Source of the DNA: Octopus sinensis | Taxonomy: Eukaryota | Length of the DNA stretch: 64,000 nucleotides | Assembly: GCF_006345805.1 (NCBI RefSeq) | Contig: NC_042999.1 | Span: 17,050,001 to 17,114,000, forward strand | Reading direction: 5' to 3' | In this document: positions 1 through 13,529 of the stretch, piece by piece | Numbering within the stretch: the first letter of the stretch is position 1 | Layout: every line of letters begins with the position of its first letter | Position numbers and translations under genes: made by a program | Notes under the pieces: model-generated | Databases searched by the model: none | The model's input: the letters and a program-made list of their open reading frames with translations, nothing else | Told to the model about the DNA's origin: nothing

Positions 1-524
1 AGTCAATGAAATAAAATAGCATTATTTCTTATTTCTTTTGATCTTTCCATTAATTCGCATTCAGCATTCTTAGTATCAAAGTATATCAAAATAAAGTCAC
101 TTGTAATTTGATAGTAGAGTGATAGTAAATTGCAACAGAAATATCCTTATTAAATATAAGACGGCCTTTTTACTTCTTTTTTTATAAGAGGAGCACGACT
201 GAATGAAATATTTCCAGTATGTTAATGAAATTGTCTGCAATAGGTTTAAAGGTAGCCTCCCAGTAGACTGACTGCGTGACTAGTTTTCAATACTCGGCTG
301 CGGCTTCTTCGTTGTGTTTATGATTGCTTATACACTTGTAAAAGACATTAACAGTGAAATTCATGTTTTCTTACGAGAAATAAAACTGGAACCATTTCCA
401 AGAGAACTAACCACAGATATAGACACAATATACTCCGAAAACTCATAGGGTTTTGTTTCACGGTTATTCTTGCGTAATGTTAATGATAAGCATCGCGTAG
501 CAGAATATGTATACACTCGGTTAA

Positions 525-756
525 GGCGGCGAGCTGGAAGAATCTTTAGCACATCGGGCGAAGTGCTTAGTGGTATTTCGTCTGCCGCTACGTTCTGAGC
601 TCAAATTCCGCCGAGATCGACTTTGCCTTTCATCCTTTCGGGGTTGATAAATTAAGTACCAGTTACGCACTGGGGTCGATGTAATCGACTTAATCCGTTT
701 GTCAGTCCTTGTTTGTCCCCTCTATGTTTAGCCTCTTTTGGGTAATAAAGAAATAG
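525..756 (+). mobile_element. SINE-A, full-length long form
   Basis: tRNA-like head GGCGGCGAGCTGG..GTTCTGAGCTCAAATTCC, central GCCTTTCATCCTTTCGGGG block, tail TTTGTCCCCTCT..AATAAAGAAATAG; about 30 units in the window. Confidence 0.9.
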
Positions 757-869
757 ATCGTGCCTTGGGGTTAATCCCCATTCCATGGCAATTGGACACG
801 TCCCTTCTGCAATTTTTTTTTCTGCCTTTAACCCTCCAATGCGGAGTATAGGCCACTTATAGTTGAATT

Positions 870-1185
870 CCATGTCGCAAAATTTTTCGCATCTGTACTT
901 ATACTCTGCCATGAATATCCCCCTTTCTATAGTTCCTTTTGTGTTGATCTACGCTAGGAGTTCTTAGGCCTACCTCTCCTTCTATATCCATCCGCATTCC
1001 ACTGTAAAGCACTTTTCACTACATTTGGTGTGTCTTTTCTAATTGTGCTACCAATCCACTTCCACTTTTTCTTAAATATTTGCTCCTTAATCGAAACCTG
1101 ATTTGTTCTTTGCCATAGCTCCATATTGCTTATGTGTTCGGGCCATCTAAGTTTAAGTATACTAATAGCCACGAAAATGTGCGAG
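870..1185 (-). mobile_element. RTE/RTE-X-like LINE 3' relic (RT C-terminus)
   Basis: ILKLRWPEHISNMELWQRTNQ..KWKWIGSTIRK..ALQWNADGYRRRGRPKNS matches the RTE C-terminal motif. Confidence 0.8.
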
Positions 1186-1449
1186 CCCATTGTATTCATA
1201 TGTGGGCATGTATTTTCCTCTTTTGTTATTTGTGTTTGTCTCCTCCCACCATTTGGCAACCGGTGTTGATTTGTTTATGTCCCGGTAACCTGGCTGTTGG
1301 CCAAAGGCACTCACTAGGTGTATAGTAAATACTAACATTCCTTTCTTTTGCTATCAGTGTTTTATCAAAACTTGTATTTATAGAATGTGTCCTAATGTTG
1401 ATTTAGTTTCTCTTGTCAGCTTTCTATCTCTTCACAACCGGTCTTTTCA

Positions 1450-1500
<51 letters not shown>

Positions 1501-2110
1501 GGTGGTGAACTGGCAGAATTGTTAGTACGATGGACGAAATGCTTAGCCATATTTCGCCTGTCGCTACGCTCTGAGTTTAAATTCCGCCGAAGTCGACTTG
1601 CCTTTTAACCTTTCGGGGTCGATAAATTAAGCACCAGTAGCGTACTAGAGTAGATCTAATCGATTGGCCCCCTCCTCCAAAATTTCAGGTCTTGTGCCAA
1701 GAGTAGAAAAGACTATTATTATTATTATTAATGGCAATAAGGCGAACTGGCAGAATCGTTAGCACGCTGGACGAAATGCTTAGCGGTATTTCGCCAGTCG
1801 TTACGTTGTGAGTTCAAATTCCGCCGAGGTCAACTTTGCCTTTCATCCTTTCGGGGTCGATAAATTAAGTACCAGTTACGCTCTGGGGTCGATATAATCG
1901 ACTTAATACCTATGTCTGTCCTTGTTTGTCCCCTCTATGTTTAGCCCCTTGTGGGTAATAAAGAAATAGGTATTTCGCCAGTCGCTACGTTCTGAATTCA
2001 AATTCCGCCGTGGTCGACTTTACTTTTCATCCTTTTTAGGTCGATAAGATAAGTAATCGGCTCATCCGCTTCCCCACAATTACTGCCCTTGTGACAACAA
2101 TTTGAAACTA
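1501..2110 (+). mobile_element. SINE-A cluster: short form, then long form with a head-less short unit in tandem
   Basis: Units at about 1501-1716, 1740-1970 and 1970-2110; junction AAGAAATAG|GTATTTCG. Confidence 0.85.
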
Positions 2111-2199
2111 TTATCATTATTATTATTATTATTTCATATACGCACAAGAGACGATAGTTGAAAAGATAAAATTCCTAACATCGGGCTACAACAGGTAAA

Positions 2200-3240
2200 T
2201 TTAGATGCCAAGAACTCTCACAAGTATCCTGGCTATCCCTAATAACACTGTTTTTTGGAGCTGTACTAAATATGGTTTTATGCCTATTGCCTTTATCCAT
2301 TTGTTCAAATCCACACGAAGAGTCCCTAATGCTCCTTTAACTAAAGGGATACATTTTAATGTCACTTTCCATCGTCTCTATAACTCAAACACTAAGTTCT
2401 GGTACTTTACTATTTTCTTTATACCTCTCATATTGACTTTATCATCATTTGCAACAGTTAAGACAATTATCTGGCATTTCTATTCCCTTTGTCTACTACT
2501 ACTTAATCAGGCTTTCGAGCTTCTATTAGTCTGTCCGTCTGTCCCCTTCTCATGACTAATATTTCACACTTAACTACGCCTAATTCAATGCCGGTATCTT
2601 TGGTGAAGAAGTTAACACTTTACTAGCAGTATCGCCCGGCGTTGCTCGGGTTTGTGTCGACCCTTTAAATTGGTATTTTTGAAAAGTAAATATGTTGCAT
2701 TATGTAGCTTGTTATTCTCTTTAAGTGAACATTTTTCTGGTTGAAATGCACCGAAAAATGGCGACACAGCAGTAAAGAAAGTCGTAAAAAATAGGGATAT
2801 TCATAGAAAAAAAAAGCACTTTTTCATGTAACTTATTTTTGGTGTTAACATGGTCCAATTTGAATTTTTTCTTCTACGAAAGGAAGAGCAAGCCTTGTTC
2901 TATCATACTTTCAATTTTCATCAACTTGCGCCGCAATGTCCCGGAGGAGGTAGTGTTAGTTGAAGGCTACCAAACCTGCCATACACAGAGAACTTCAGCT
3001 TTATATATACAGATATATTAAGGTATCTATTTATTTTATGCTTACTAAGAAGCTTCAGATCATCCATGTAGAGCAAATGGCTAGTTTTACCTTTACCTTT
3101 TCGTAACGGATGCTCTGCTTTTGCTTCTTTAATACTAAACTGATGGGGATTAAATAAAATATGAATGTTAAGGAGATAACGAGTCACTTTGAAACATTCC
3201 TCTCGTGATATCAACTTTCTTTTAGGCTGTGTCACCTGAG
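2200..3240 (-). mobile_element. R4/Dong-type (RLE) non-LTR retrotransposon relic
   Basis: RT motif SHLLYMDDLKL near 3050-3085; C-terminal KYQNLVFEL..KCIPLVKGALGT..QLQKTVLLGIARILVRVL at 2200-2450; many stops. Confidence 0.75.
2621..2910 (+). mobile_element. possible non-autonomous Helitron-like insertion
   Basis: Starts TACTAGCAGTATCGCCCGGCGTTGCTCGGG, resembling invertebrate non-autonomous Helitron 5' ends; interrupts the LINE relic. Confidence 0.4.
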
Positions 3241-3489
3241 TAGAGTTCTATTTCCACTTTTCATGCTAAGGCTAATTAATTCTCTTACGTTATCTGCAAT
3301 ACTAAATATATTCAAACGTTCATTTATCCATGAATGTGGAATCACGTCATAGGTTCTTATAAACTGTCCATGCTATTGCTATTCTTTAGTTTTAGATTTT
3401 ACTTTGTTTATAACTGCTTTGTCTATATATAATAAACCATGCGTTTCTCTAACCTTCTTCCTACTACCTTTCTACCTTCTAACACCACA

Positions 3490-3509
3490 TTCTTCTTCTT
3501 CTTCTTCTT

Positions 3510-3540
<31 letters not shown>

Positions 3541-3594
3541 TTATTATTATTATTACTACTACTACTATTATTATTATTATTATTATTATTATCA

Positions 3595-3630
<36 letters not shown>

Positions 3631-3720
3631 GTTCTTACTATTACTATTATTACTATTATTATTATTGTTGTTGTCGTTATTATTATTATTGTTATTATTA
3701 TGATTATTATTATTATTATC
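3490..3720. repeat. (TTC)n then (TTA)n microsatellite
   Basis: Direct reading. Confidence 0.95.
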
Positions 3721-3736
3721 ATTTTTTTCTATTTAT

Positions 3737-3940
3737 GCGGAGAGCTGGCAGAATCGATAGCATACCGGCCAAAACGCGGCACTTCGTTCCTGTTTATATT
3801 CTGCGCTCAAGTGTCACCGAGATCGAGTTTGCCTGTCCTCCATTCAGGGTCGATACAATAAGTGACAGTCAAGTATTGACGTCGACGTAATCTATTTTCT
3901 GATCCCCTCGAAAACTGTGCTAAAATTTCAAACCATTGTT
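3737..3940 (+). mobile_element. degenerate SINE-A short form
   Basis: GCGGAGAGCTGGCAGAATCG.. with degenerate central block. Confidence 0.7.
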
Positions 3941-4088
3941 TTTGCTACATCGTCAACATCGTCATCACCACCACCATCATTATATTTTTTATTGTTGTTA
4001 CTATCATTCCATATAATTTACTCATAGCCCTTTATGCTCAACAGTTAAAATCCCAACACGATCGATTTTTTGTTTGATAGTTCCTCTC

Positions 4089-4255
4089 TCTCTTTTACTC
4101 TCTTTTACTTGTTTCAGACATTTGACTGCGGCCATGCTGGAGCACCGCCTTTAGTCGAGTGAATCAACCCCGGGACTTATTCTTTGTAAGGCCAGTACTT
4201 ATTCTATCGGTCTCTTTTGCCGAACCGCTAGGTGACGGGGACGTAAACACAACAC

Positions 4256-4288
<33 letters not shown>

Positions 4289-4454
4289 TACAACAGGCTT
4301 CTTTCAGTTTCCGTCTACGAAATCCACTCACAAGGCATTGGTCGGCCCGGGGCTATAGCAGAAGACACTTGCCCAAGATGCCACGCAGTGGGACTGAACC
4401 CGGAACCATGTGGTTGGTTAGCAAGCTACTTACCACACAACCACTCATGCGCCT
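4089..4454 (-). mobile_element. SINE-B (tRNA head, CORE-like block, internal CA/TA microsatellite, GAAACAAGTAAAAGAG tail)
   Basis: Homologous to copies at 16036, 22975, 32690 and 39745. Confidence 0.9.
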
Positions 4455-4866
4455 CGTTTGGTATAATAAATAAATTTCTCCCCCGTTCACTTGCGCGCCT
4501 ATTTAAGAAATCCTCATTATTATTATTACCATTTGCAACAGTTTTATGCGAGATTCTACAGCCAGAGATAACCCAACGTTTCTAAGTGCTATGTAACATA
4601 ACATTTTATTTTGAGGACATATATACTTTCTGCATTGGATTTCGTGTGATTTCCTAGCATTATATTACAATTTTACGTTATATCTACGTGTTTTAGTGAT
4701 GTCGTTGGTGTTGTATTACTCGTATATTATTCCGCTATGCAGTTTGTAGAATGGATGTTATAATGCTTTATCGGTCTTGTTTTACGATTTGCATGTCCTG
4801 TGTACAGATTATGTACAGTATGTCGCATGTCAGAATGTTAAGAATACATTTCAAATGATCCCATTA

Positions 4867-5143
<277 letters not shown>

Positions 5144-5169
5144 ATGAGTGTGTGTATGTATATATATAT

Positions 5170-5365
5170 ATATACATATATGTTCTTTTATTCTTATAGT
5201 AAGACTGCAGCCATGCTGGAGCCATATGACTGAAATCGAAACCACGATTTATCCTTTGTAAGCCTTGTACGTATTCTATCGACCCGCTAGCGTACGGGGA
5301 CGTAAACACACCAGCATCGGTTGTCAAACGATGTTGGGGTGACAAACACAGACACAGAAGCACAC
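5170..5365 (-). mobile_element. SINE-B 3' half
   Basis: GACTGCAGCCATGCTGG..GGGGACGTAAACACACCAGCATCGG. Confidence 0.8.
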
Positions 5366-5941
5366 ACACACATATGTATATATATATATATATATATACT
5401 GTTGTCTTATACCTGACAACAATTACTGTCGATTTTAATGCTACATACCTGCTCTATCCAATGCGAGAGCATTTATAAAGAACCAGTGGGATCTTTAGAA
5501 ATTCACTGAACGACAAGGATTTAAGAGTGAATGGAAGATGTTATTTTTATTTTAAGTTAATTTTCCTTGCAGTTACAATAATATATTACACGATTCTAAA
5601 ATTTCCCTGTGTCAAGCACTTTGTATTTCTCTCTATGTGCGTCTTCAACAAACGTTTTAACCATGTAATTCCTCTCTTCATGTCATTAGCTTTTCTCTCT
5701 TTCTCTTCACCTTTCCCTTCCCCACCCTACAGCATATTAGCTCTTTTCTCTCACCGAGCTTTTCTCTCTACGCATCTCCCTTCAACTAAACACGTGATGC
5801 ATTTGGCCTTTCTTCTCTACCCACATGTCTCCTCCTCCCCCTCTCTCTCCCACTTATTCTCCACCTCTCACTTCACCTTCACCTCTCTAACTAATGTATA
5901 ACAGGCGAACGAAGAAGCAGATTATTACATAGATGTTGTCA

Positions 5942-6013
5942 GGGGCCGTTTAGCCTAATGGTGGCGCACTTAGCCGGTATCAGAGGTGTACAAGTTCGAA
6001 CCCCGCAGCCCGC
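5942..6013 (+). pseudogene. tRNA-like sequence (pseudo-tRNA or SINE head)
   Basis: A-box-like TAGCCTAATGG and B-box-like GTTCGAACCCC; stems imperfect; more decayed second copy at 6209-6278. Confidence 0.45.
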
Positions 6014-6619
6014 TGCTTGCAACATTTTCCATCTTCTAAGGGTAAATACCCAATCTTTCTTCTGTTTTCACAACTACACTCAGCTTCATATTTACTTTCT
6101 TGTGTTTCAAATACAGAAATATTTGACCCTTCCAAAGTTTGTTTATGAAATATTCTCGCATTTACAAAACCTATTATTCAGCATTAAAATTGACAGCAAT
6201 TGTTGTCAGGGGCCGTCTAACTTAAAGGTAGCGCACTCAACTGGTATCTGAGAGGCACGGGGCTCAATTCTACCTGCTATCAATTGTTTGTTATGTTTTT
6301 TTTTGTCCCGTCTTTTAAGATTATATACCCAAGCTTTCTACGGCTTTTTTTAGCTATACTGCGTTCGAAAGTTCCTTCCTTGTCTGTAACACACACACAC
6401 ACACACACACACACGTATATTACGAAACATTGCCTTAATGATTTCAAAACTTTGCATACGGCAGTATAATCTTTTTTTCTGAATAGCCACATAAATATCC
6501 CATACAAAACGATAGAAGTTTACGAGTAGACTATTTCTTCTATCTATTTTCTTGTCATTTCAATCATCGGGCTGTTGCCATGCTGGGATTCTACCTTGAT
6601 GAGTTTTGTCGAACAAATG

Positions 6620-7100
6620 AAACCGGCCCTAAACCGAGTCATTGCGTTTCTGTCATCCAGGCCCTTCGAACAGCTTTTGTTCGCCCTCAAGTTCTAACAA
6701 TGAACCCTTTGCAAGTGGCGCTAAAGAAATAGTCGAGGATCATTCTTGTCCGCTCGTCATTTATAGTGACTGTCTTCATGACCTCTTCTAAGATTCGAAC
6801 TAGTTTCCACCTAATCTGTTTTGCTATTGCTACTACTTTGCTAAGTTTTTTGGTATTAGTCTAATCACACATGTTTTGCCTCTCACTCATTAATAGCAAC
6901 CAACTGCTTATGTAAAATACGACGTACAGCATTTCATTACACCAATAACACCGTGTTAACAATGCTTTAGTTTTGGCTTCAATTTCAGTCAGATAATATA
7001 CGTCAACCTCTCCAAATGCTATCAAAATTTTGAAGTCCTATGTAGTCCTTGGGTTACACTCTGATCCGGCCTGAGAAGATGCATTCTGGAATCGCAGTAT
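6620..7100 (-). mobile_element. highly degenerate RTE-like RT C-terminal relic
   Basis: Hand translation TNTKKLSKVVAIAKQIRWKLVR..DERTRMILDY..RT*GRTK resembles an RTE tail. Confidence 0.4.
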
Positions 7101-7411
7101 ATTTACGCATTTATATGCGATTTATCTTTCCACAGACGGTTTGTCGTAGCGGCTGAAATACACTTAATGAAACTGCTCTTTCAGTTCTATTCCGAAAGGT
7201 TCCCTGTATGTATCATAAATACGTCTGCATTACTGATAATCTTGCAAGCTGAAGTTGCTCACGAATGTTAAAGTTATTACATAAACTTCAGGCACAGAAA
7301 TATTTTCCTTTTAACCGTAAATGCGATACTGGCCATGGCGGTGGGTTATTTATTGCTGCAATTATATGGTATTCAAATACATGCAGTGTTATTGCTATTA
7401 AGTAACACAAA

Positions 7412-7711
7412 TTGTTGTTTCTTCCTTCTTGAGCCACGCCTGGCTCATAAGAGCCGGTTTCCCGGTTTCCTTGGCGTATAGGTTCCCCACTTGGACGGGA
7501 CGCCGGTCCATCGCAGGTGAGCTGCAAGAGGAAAGAGTGAGAGAAAGTAGTGGCGAAAGAATCAGCAGAAGTTCGCCATTACCTTCTGCCGGAGCCGCGT
7601 GGAGCTTAGGTGTTTCGCTCATAAACACATACATTGCCCGGTCTGAGATTCGAACTCGCGATTCCCCAACCGCAAGTCCGCTGCTCTAACCACTAGGCTA
7701 TGTGCCTCCAC
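7412..7711 (-). mobile_element. SINE-D (shared C/D tRNA head, tail with CCTGCGATGGACCGGCGTCCCGTCC)
   Basis: Homologous to 19161-19433 and 30754-31037. Confidence 0.9.
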
Positions 7712-9880
7712 GTAACATTACTTTGACATAAATTGTTAATTTTTACAAGTCTAAATGTCTTCTCTGACAAGATAAGTGAGCGGGTGCGCTCATCTGAACT
7801 CATGAAATAGAATCAAATATCCACAGTCAACCTCTTGTATCCAGAGGGTGTTACTCTATTTTCTTTAATAGGTTCGTCAGTTTTGAAGAATTCTTGATTC
7901 TTGAGATTATTCTCGAATTAACATGCAGATGTGCACTGTGGGGACTGGCATGTCAAAAAAAAAAAAAAAAGGCCCAATGTTTCCTCTGCGTGCTGTAAAA
8001 GAAGTTGAAATAGGATTTGCACTCCGACCTCGTAAATCCCTCACCAGCGGTGATTACCCAAACAGACGCATAGGCTGGAGGGTTGTTCCGTGAGTGGTGC
8101 AAAGGCTCCTCAGTCAGGAGGGGCGACGCGCTATGACAGAGCACGACCCCATAGTAGTAGCAGTAGTAGTAGTATTAGTAGTTCTACTACTACTACTACT
8201 ACTACTATACTACTACTACTACTACTACTACTATCTCCAAAGGAGGTTGTGTTAATTTCCACCTAGTTGTTGTCCCTCTTGATACGGAAGTAATGTCAGT
8301 AAGTCAAACGTTTACTTCACATGGTATTGAATATTACGTTATTCAGTCTGATCATGTGTGTGTGTGTGTGTGAGTGTGTAGACTGCGTAAGAACAGACAA
8401 TGAAAGACTGCAGCTTTACGACACAAGGACATACATATGTATAGACATTATTATAAGAAGGATTATTTGATTTGGATGCTCCTTTATGCTACCGTTCGAT
8501 GGTGTCTCATGAATCCTATTGTTATCCTGTTTGGCATCGAATAAGAGGTCGAGGATATATAACGCCGGTAGTTGCTACGTTATAATGGAGCAGCGGCCAT
8601 TTCCATTGGCTCTTTTCGTTTCCCTTTCTGTTTGGTTTTATGCTTGCTCTACTGCATAGACTGTTTTTTGCATGGTCAGTTCAGTATTATTCGTAATCCG
8701 GATTTAGATCTTCTGTGTTGTACTTGTATTCGACTCTGATATTTTTTTTTCTTTTACAGAATCTAGTTTATCGTGGAATCTCGTATCTATTGGTTCTGTC
8801 CTGTTTTAATTTCCTGGTATCATTCATTTTTGTTTTGCTATGTATCGTCTGATGATATATTTTCACTGCATACCTTTGTATCTTTTTCGTTTCCTTGTTT
8901 ATCATCCTGCCTTATTTAAAAAAAAAAATTACAATCCTTTCAAAGTCCGATATATTTTATCACAGTTTTTACATTATTTTTTCTCTATCCTCATATTATT
9001 CTTTTACAATATTTGTACGTTTTGGGCAGTATAGTTAGTATAGTTAGTTTAGAGTTAATATGTCACGATCACACATTACCTATAGGGAGAGTTTACGAAA
9101 AAAAGAAAAGACAAAGACAGGTGGTGTACAAAACAAACAGATGTATTAGTATAACGCTCAGGAATAGAAAAAGTCTTTTACGTTTCGAGCCTACGCTCTT
9201 CGACAGAAAGGGACAAAGAAAAAACAAGGAGAGAAAAAAAGGAGAGAAAAGCAGGGAGAAAAAAAAGGAGAGAAAAAACAAGGAAAAAAAAGGAGAGTAA
9301 AAATGTGTGTAGTGGCTAACGATCTATCAGGGCGACACGTTACCTATAATTTAGCTTTCTACATGAAGACATAGGCCTTTCTGATTAGCGATCGGTTTTT
9401 CACAGACTCCGACACATATCATGACATCACTGGAAATTTTTTGCGTAGTTACTGCAATCGATTCACGGTTAGAAAATCATGGTTTAAATGGCTGAATGAT
9501 ATATTGCCGGGGATTCCGTATTTAAATAGAGGCCTTTATTTCAATGTTAAAATTGTCAGATTAGTTTTGTTTGCATTTCAAAGATAAAACGCATTTATAA
9601 ATGTGAATAAAATAAGACGATTTACATTGTTGATATTTGATATTTTCACAAACATTGGATTGTATACACAATGACAAATAGAAGTCTTGTTTACGTACTA
9701 TGTCATTTCGCGTTGATTTGTTTCTATTCAATAGTTCACTGCGTTGATTTGTTGGTCTTCTGTATTGATCTCATTTTACGAACATGTCGCTGAAATATTT
9801 AGTATCATTACATTTTATTATCATTAGTGACTCTTCTTCTTCTTCTTCTTCTTCTTCTTCTTTATCTAATTATTATTATT

Positions 9881-10248
9881 AAGTGAGAGAGTTGTGCATG
9901 CCATCAAAGTGACACTGGGGTAAAATATACGAATCCCAGTAAACCCATCATAACTACCCTTCTGATAAGGGTACACTCGGCACATGCATCACAACCATAT
10001 GTGTGCGACATGGTGATCTCATATCAAGATAAACAGCACATGACTTGCAGGTGGGGCCCAGTTAGAATTTTCTTCTGGTCGAGTGACGCATCCTACTCAA
10101 AAGGTCCCTGAATAAGGGTTGTTTAAGGATGTTGAACAAAACACCCATGTTTCCAGAGGTGAATCATTTAAACCCCCAAAAATACCTCTCAACACATGGC
10201 TATGATCACCCCAACTACTTCTGCTCGTGATCAGAGATGCACATATCA
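9881..10248. mobile_element. repeat F (non-coding, (TAA)n-embedded), partial
   Basis: Collinear with 48577-49018; flanked by (ATT)n. Confidence 0.85.
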
Positions 10249-10287
<39 letters not shown>

Positions 10288-10480
10288 AGTGGCGAGTTTT
10301 GCAGAATTGTTAAAGCGCTGGGCAAAATGCTCAGCAGGATTTCGTCCGTCTTTACATTTTGAGTTCTTATTCTGGCGAGGTCGACTTTGCCTTTCATCCT
10401 TCGGAGTCGATAAAATAAATACCAGTCGAAAGTTGAGGTCGGTGTAATCGACTCATTCCCCCACAAAAGATTTCACATCA
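10288..10480 (+). mobile_element. SINE-A short form, degenerate
   Basis: GTGGCGAGTTTTGCAGAATTG..GCCTTTCATCCTTCGGAGTCGAT. Confidence 0.75.
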
Positions 10481-10519
10481 TATGCTTATTGTAAAATGTA
10501 TTATTATTATTATCATTAT

Positions 10520-10960
10520 TATTGTTGTTGTTATACTACTTCTCAGAGCGCTTGATCTTTTTTGCTCTGGTAGATTCTGCGAGAGCGGACAGTAGCCTGC
10601 TGTCAGCGGTCTCACATGGTCTCTTTACGCACATTATAAGCTTGGTTGTTAATTATCGTGGAAGGCATTCAGCATCCAAGTACCAATCTCAAAGTCCTAG
10701 CTGTCCTCCGCAGACAAGTTGTTTGGGCTTGCCCTGTTCTCATGTCAATTCCGATTTCTCTATTATATTTCTCGAACTACCGAGTGCAGCTCTGCGTGCC
10801 TTGGTTGTGTGCTGTGGTTTGTATTGATGTTCTTGTTTCACTGTACTGAAAATGTTTTCGGTAGGATATATGCGGTGCCTAGTAGTGCTATTTTCTGTAT
10901 GCTATATATTACTTATAAATCCTGGAGATTTTGCATTATATTTGTCTAAATGTTTTGTTT
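10520..10960 (-). mobile_element. R4/Dong-type LINE 3' end with 3' UTR
   Basis: IYSIQKIALLGTAYILPKTF then UTR ending in an (AAT)n run. Confidence 0.7.
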
Positions 10961-11149
10961 TTTATCATACCTAATGCGCCTACTATAATAGAAATTGTTT
11001 CTGCTTTTACGATTCACATTCGAGTTGGCTCGGTTTTCCAATTTCCGTATTTTGAGAGCTTCTGTATAAATCATAACATTTCTGTGTTATGATTTCAGAT
11101 GGAATTCACTTTACTCATGTTGTTGCACAATGTACAGAAATGTTACGAT

Positions 11150-11910
11150 TCATACAGAACGTGGAACATGTAAAGATTCCCATTTGGTGTACGCTGCAGA
11201 ATGCACGAAACACTACTTAATTTATGATGTTTGCACAACAGAATAATTAAGCAAAAGTTTTAATGGGCACAGATTCGACGTCAAGTAGGGAAGCACTCCG
11301 TCGGTTACGACGACGAGGGTTCCGGTTGATCCAATCAACGGAACAGCCTGCTCGTGAAATTAACGTGTAAGTGGCTGAGCACTCCACAGACACGTGTACC
11401 CTTAACGTAGTTCTCGGGGATATTCAGCATGACACAGAGAGTGACAAGGCCGGCCCTTTGAAATACAGGTACAACAGAAACAGAAAGTAAGAGTGAGAGA
11501 AAGTTGTGGTGAAAGAGTACAGCAGGGATCATCACCATCCCCTGCCGAAGCCTCGTGGAGCTTTTAGGTGTTTTCGCTCAATAAACACTCACAACGCCCG
11601 GTCTGGGAATCGAAACCGCGATCCTACGACCGCGAGTCCGCTGCCCTAACCACTGGGCCATTGCGCCTCCACCGACGTCAAGTACAATAATGGTAGTTCG
11701 ACAGAACTTGCTGAACATTTCGTTTCAAACGGCTGCAATTTTGAAGAAGACTTGAAAGTACATATTCTCAGAAAATATTCTGAATCTTCTTCATTTTCAC
11801 TTCTCAGAATGCATGAGGAGAAATATGTTTGCGGGTTATTAACATCACAACCTGGAGGAATGAATAAAATAACAGGAGAATATCATCAAATTTATACAAA
11901 ACTGTTTGAT
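11150..11910 (+). mobile_element. Penelope-like GIY-YIG endonuclease relic, split by a SINE
   Basis: HLVYAAECTKHYLIY..LSKSFNGHRFDVK | TELAEHFVSNG..DLKVHIL..RMHEEKYVCGLLTSQPGGMN. Confidence 0.7.
11288..11672 (-). mobile_element. SINE-C, full length, with 12-bp TSD
   Basis: TSD CGACGTCAAGTA at 11276-11287 and 11673-11684; tRNA-like head with A/B boxes. Confidence 0.92.
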
Positions 11911-12594
11911 TAAATATTCTTCTTTATCTCTTTTTCTTTCTTTTTTTTGTTGTCTTCTTTTTTGCATTTTTTTCTGTCGTCTTCTTTTCACCTGTTATAA
12001 ATTTGCAACTTAAAAACTGGTGATATCATTCCATCAACGTGTGGACGCTGAGTGCTCTCGTTCATACTTTACATTTAAATTTCTATAATTTTGAATTTTA
12101 TCACTTCTTATTTTGAACTTCACAAAGACAGACTTACTGTTGAAATATCGTTCAACTAATAAAATATCTTACAATCGAAGGGCGCTCTTCGTCTTGACTA
12201 TTATCATCATCATCATCATCATTATTATTATTATTATTGTTGTTGTTGTTGTTGATTTTGCTGCTGTTGTTATCATTATTTCGCTTAAGCATTACGATAC
12301 TAGTATCCTGATGTTAAAGATCAATATATACATAATTCAGAACAGACATCTAGGCAGTTTCTTTCTACTGAATTGCATTGCCAAGGCACTAGCTAGCATG
12401 GAGTTAGAGCTGACAGCCACGTTCCCGCTTTGTAGGAAAAAGCCTGAAACCACGTGATAGCGACACCAACGTTTTAACCAAAGCGTGGCTGTGTGAAACA
12501 CAAATAAACTATGTAAATCAGTGTTTGCATAAATATGTACATAGTTACAAATAATCACGTTACACAAATAATATCTGAGGAGGAAACACGTTAT

Positions 12595-12990
12595 CGAGCT
12601 AGAAGAAACGTTAGTACGCCGGGCGAAATGCTTAGCGGTATTTCGTCTGCCGTTACGTTGTGAGTTCAAATTCCGCCAAGGTCGACTTTGCCTTTCACCC
12701 TTTCGGGGTCGATAAATTAAGTGCCAGTTACGCGCTGGGGTCGATGTAATCGACTTAATACATATGTCTGTCCTTGTTTGTCCCCTCTATGTTTAGCCCC
12801 TTGTGAGTAGTAAAGAAATAGGTATTTCGCCAGTCTTTTCGTTCTGAGTTGATATTCCGCCGAGGTAAACTTTGCCTTTCATCCTTTCGGGATCGATAAA
12901 TTAAGTACCAGTTGCGTACTGGTGTCGATCTATTCGACTCGCATCCTTCCTCCAAGAAATTCGGGCCTTTTGCCTAGAGTAGAAAATATT
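12595..12990 (+). mobile_element. SINE-A dimer (long unit plus head-less short unit)
   Basis: Junction AAGAAATAG|GTATTTCG near 12820. Confidence 0.85.
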
Positions 12991-13069
12991 ATGTAATCAG
13001 GGGGTGGTGGTTGTGGTTTAGTCGTGTTTAGCATTCAAACACCACTCCTTCGGGGACATTTATTCACGT

Positions 13070-13495
13070 GGACATACAATAATTACAATAGTAACAATAA
13101 TTGAATTGACAATATTAATACTAATAATAATAATATTAAAAATTATATTATTAATAATAAAAACAATAATTAAAAATTCTATTGATGACAATGACGAAAG
13201 CAGTAATAGTAGTAGTGGTGGTAGTTCTGGTAGTAGTAGTGGCGGTGATAGTAGTAGTAGTAGTAGTAGTAGTAGTAACGACAATGATGTTGATGATGAT
13301 GCTAGTGGCGGACCTGATGATGGTGATGATATTGATGATGATAATTAATAATAATGATTTAGAGCAAAGGCGAACCATGTTAATATTACTTCCAATAAGA
13401 AAAACAATAATAAACATAATAATGGTGATAATTATCATAATAATAATAATAATGATAAAAAAATAATGGCAATAATAATAATAATAATAATAATA

Positions 13496-13529
<34 letters not shown>

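Noticed and set aside
525-640. SINE heads (A, B, C/D, G) as true tRNA genes
   Set aside because: They have A/B boxes but no complete cloverleaf, and they run into multicopy SINE bodies.
595-665. Naming SINE-A as a MetaSINE and SINE-B/E as specific published octopus families
   Set aside because: The central blocks resemble Meta and CORE domains from memory only; this needs alignment to Dfam, Repbase or SINEBase.
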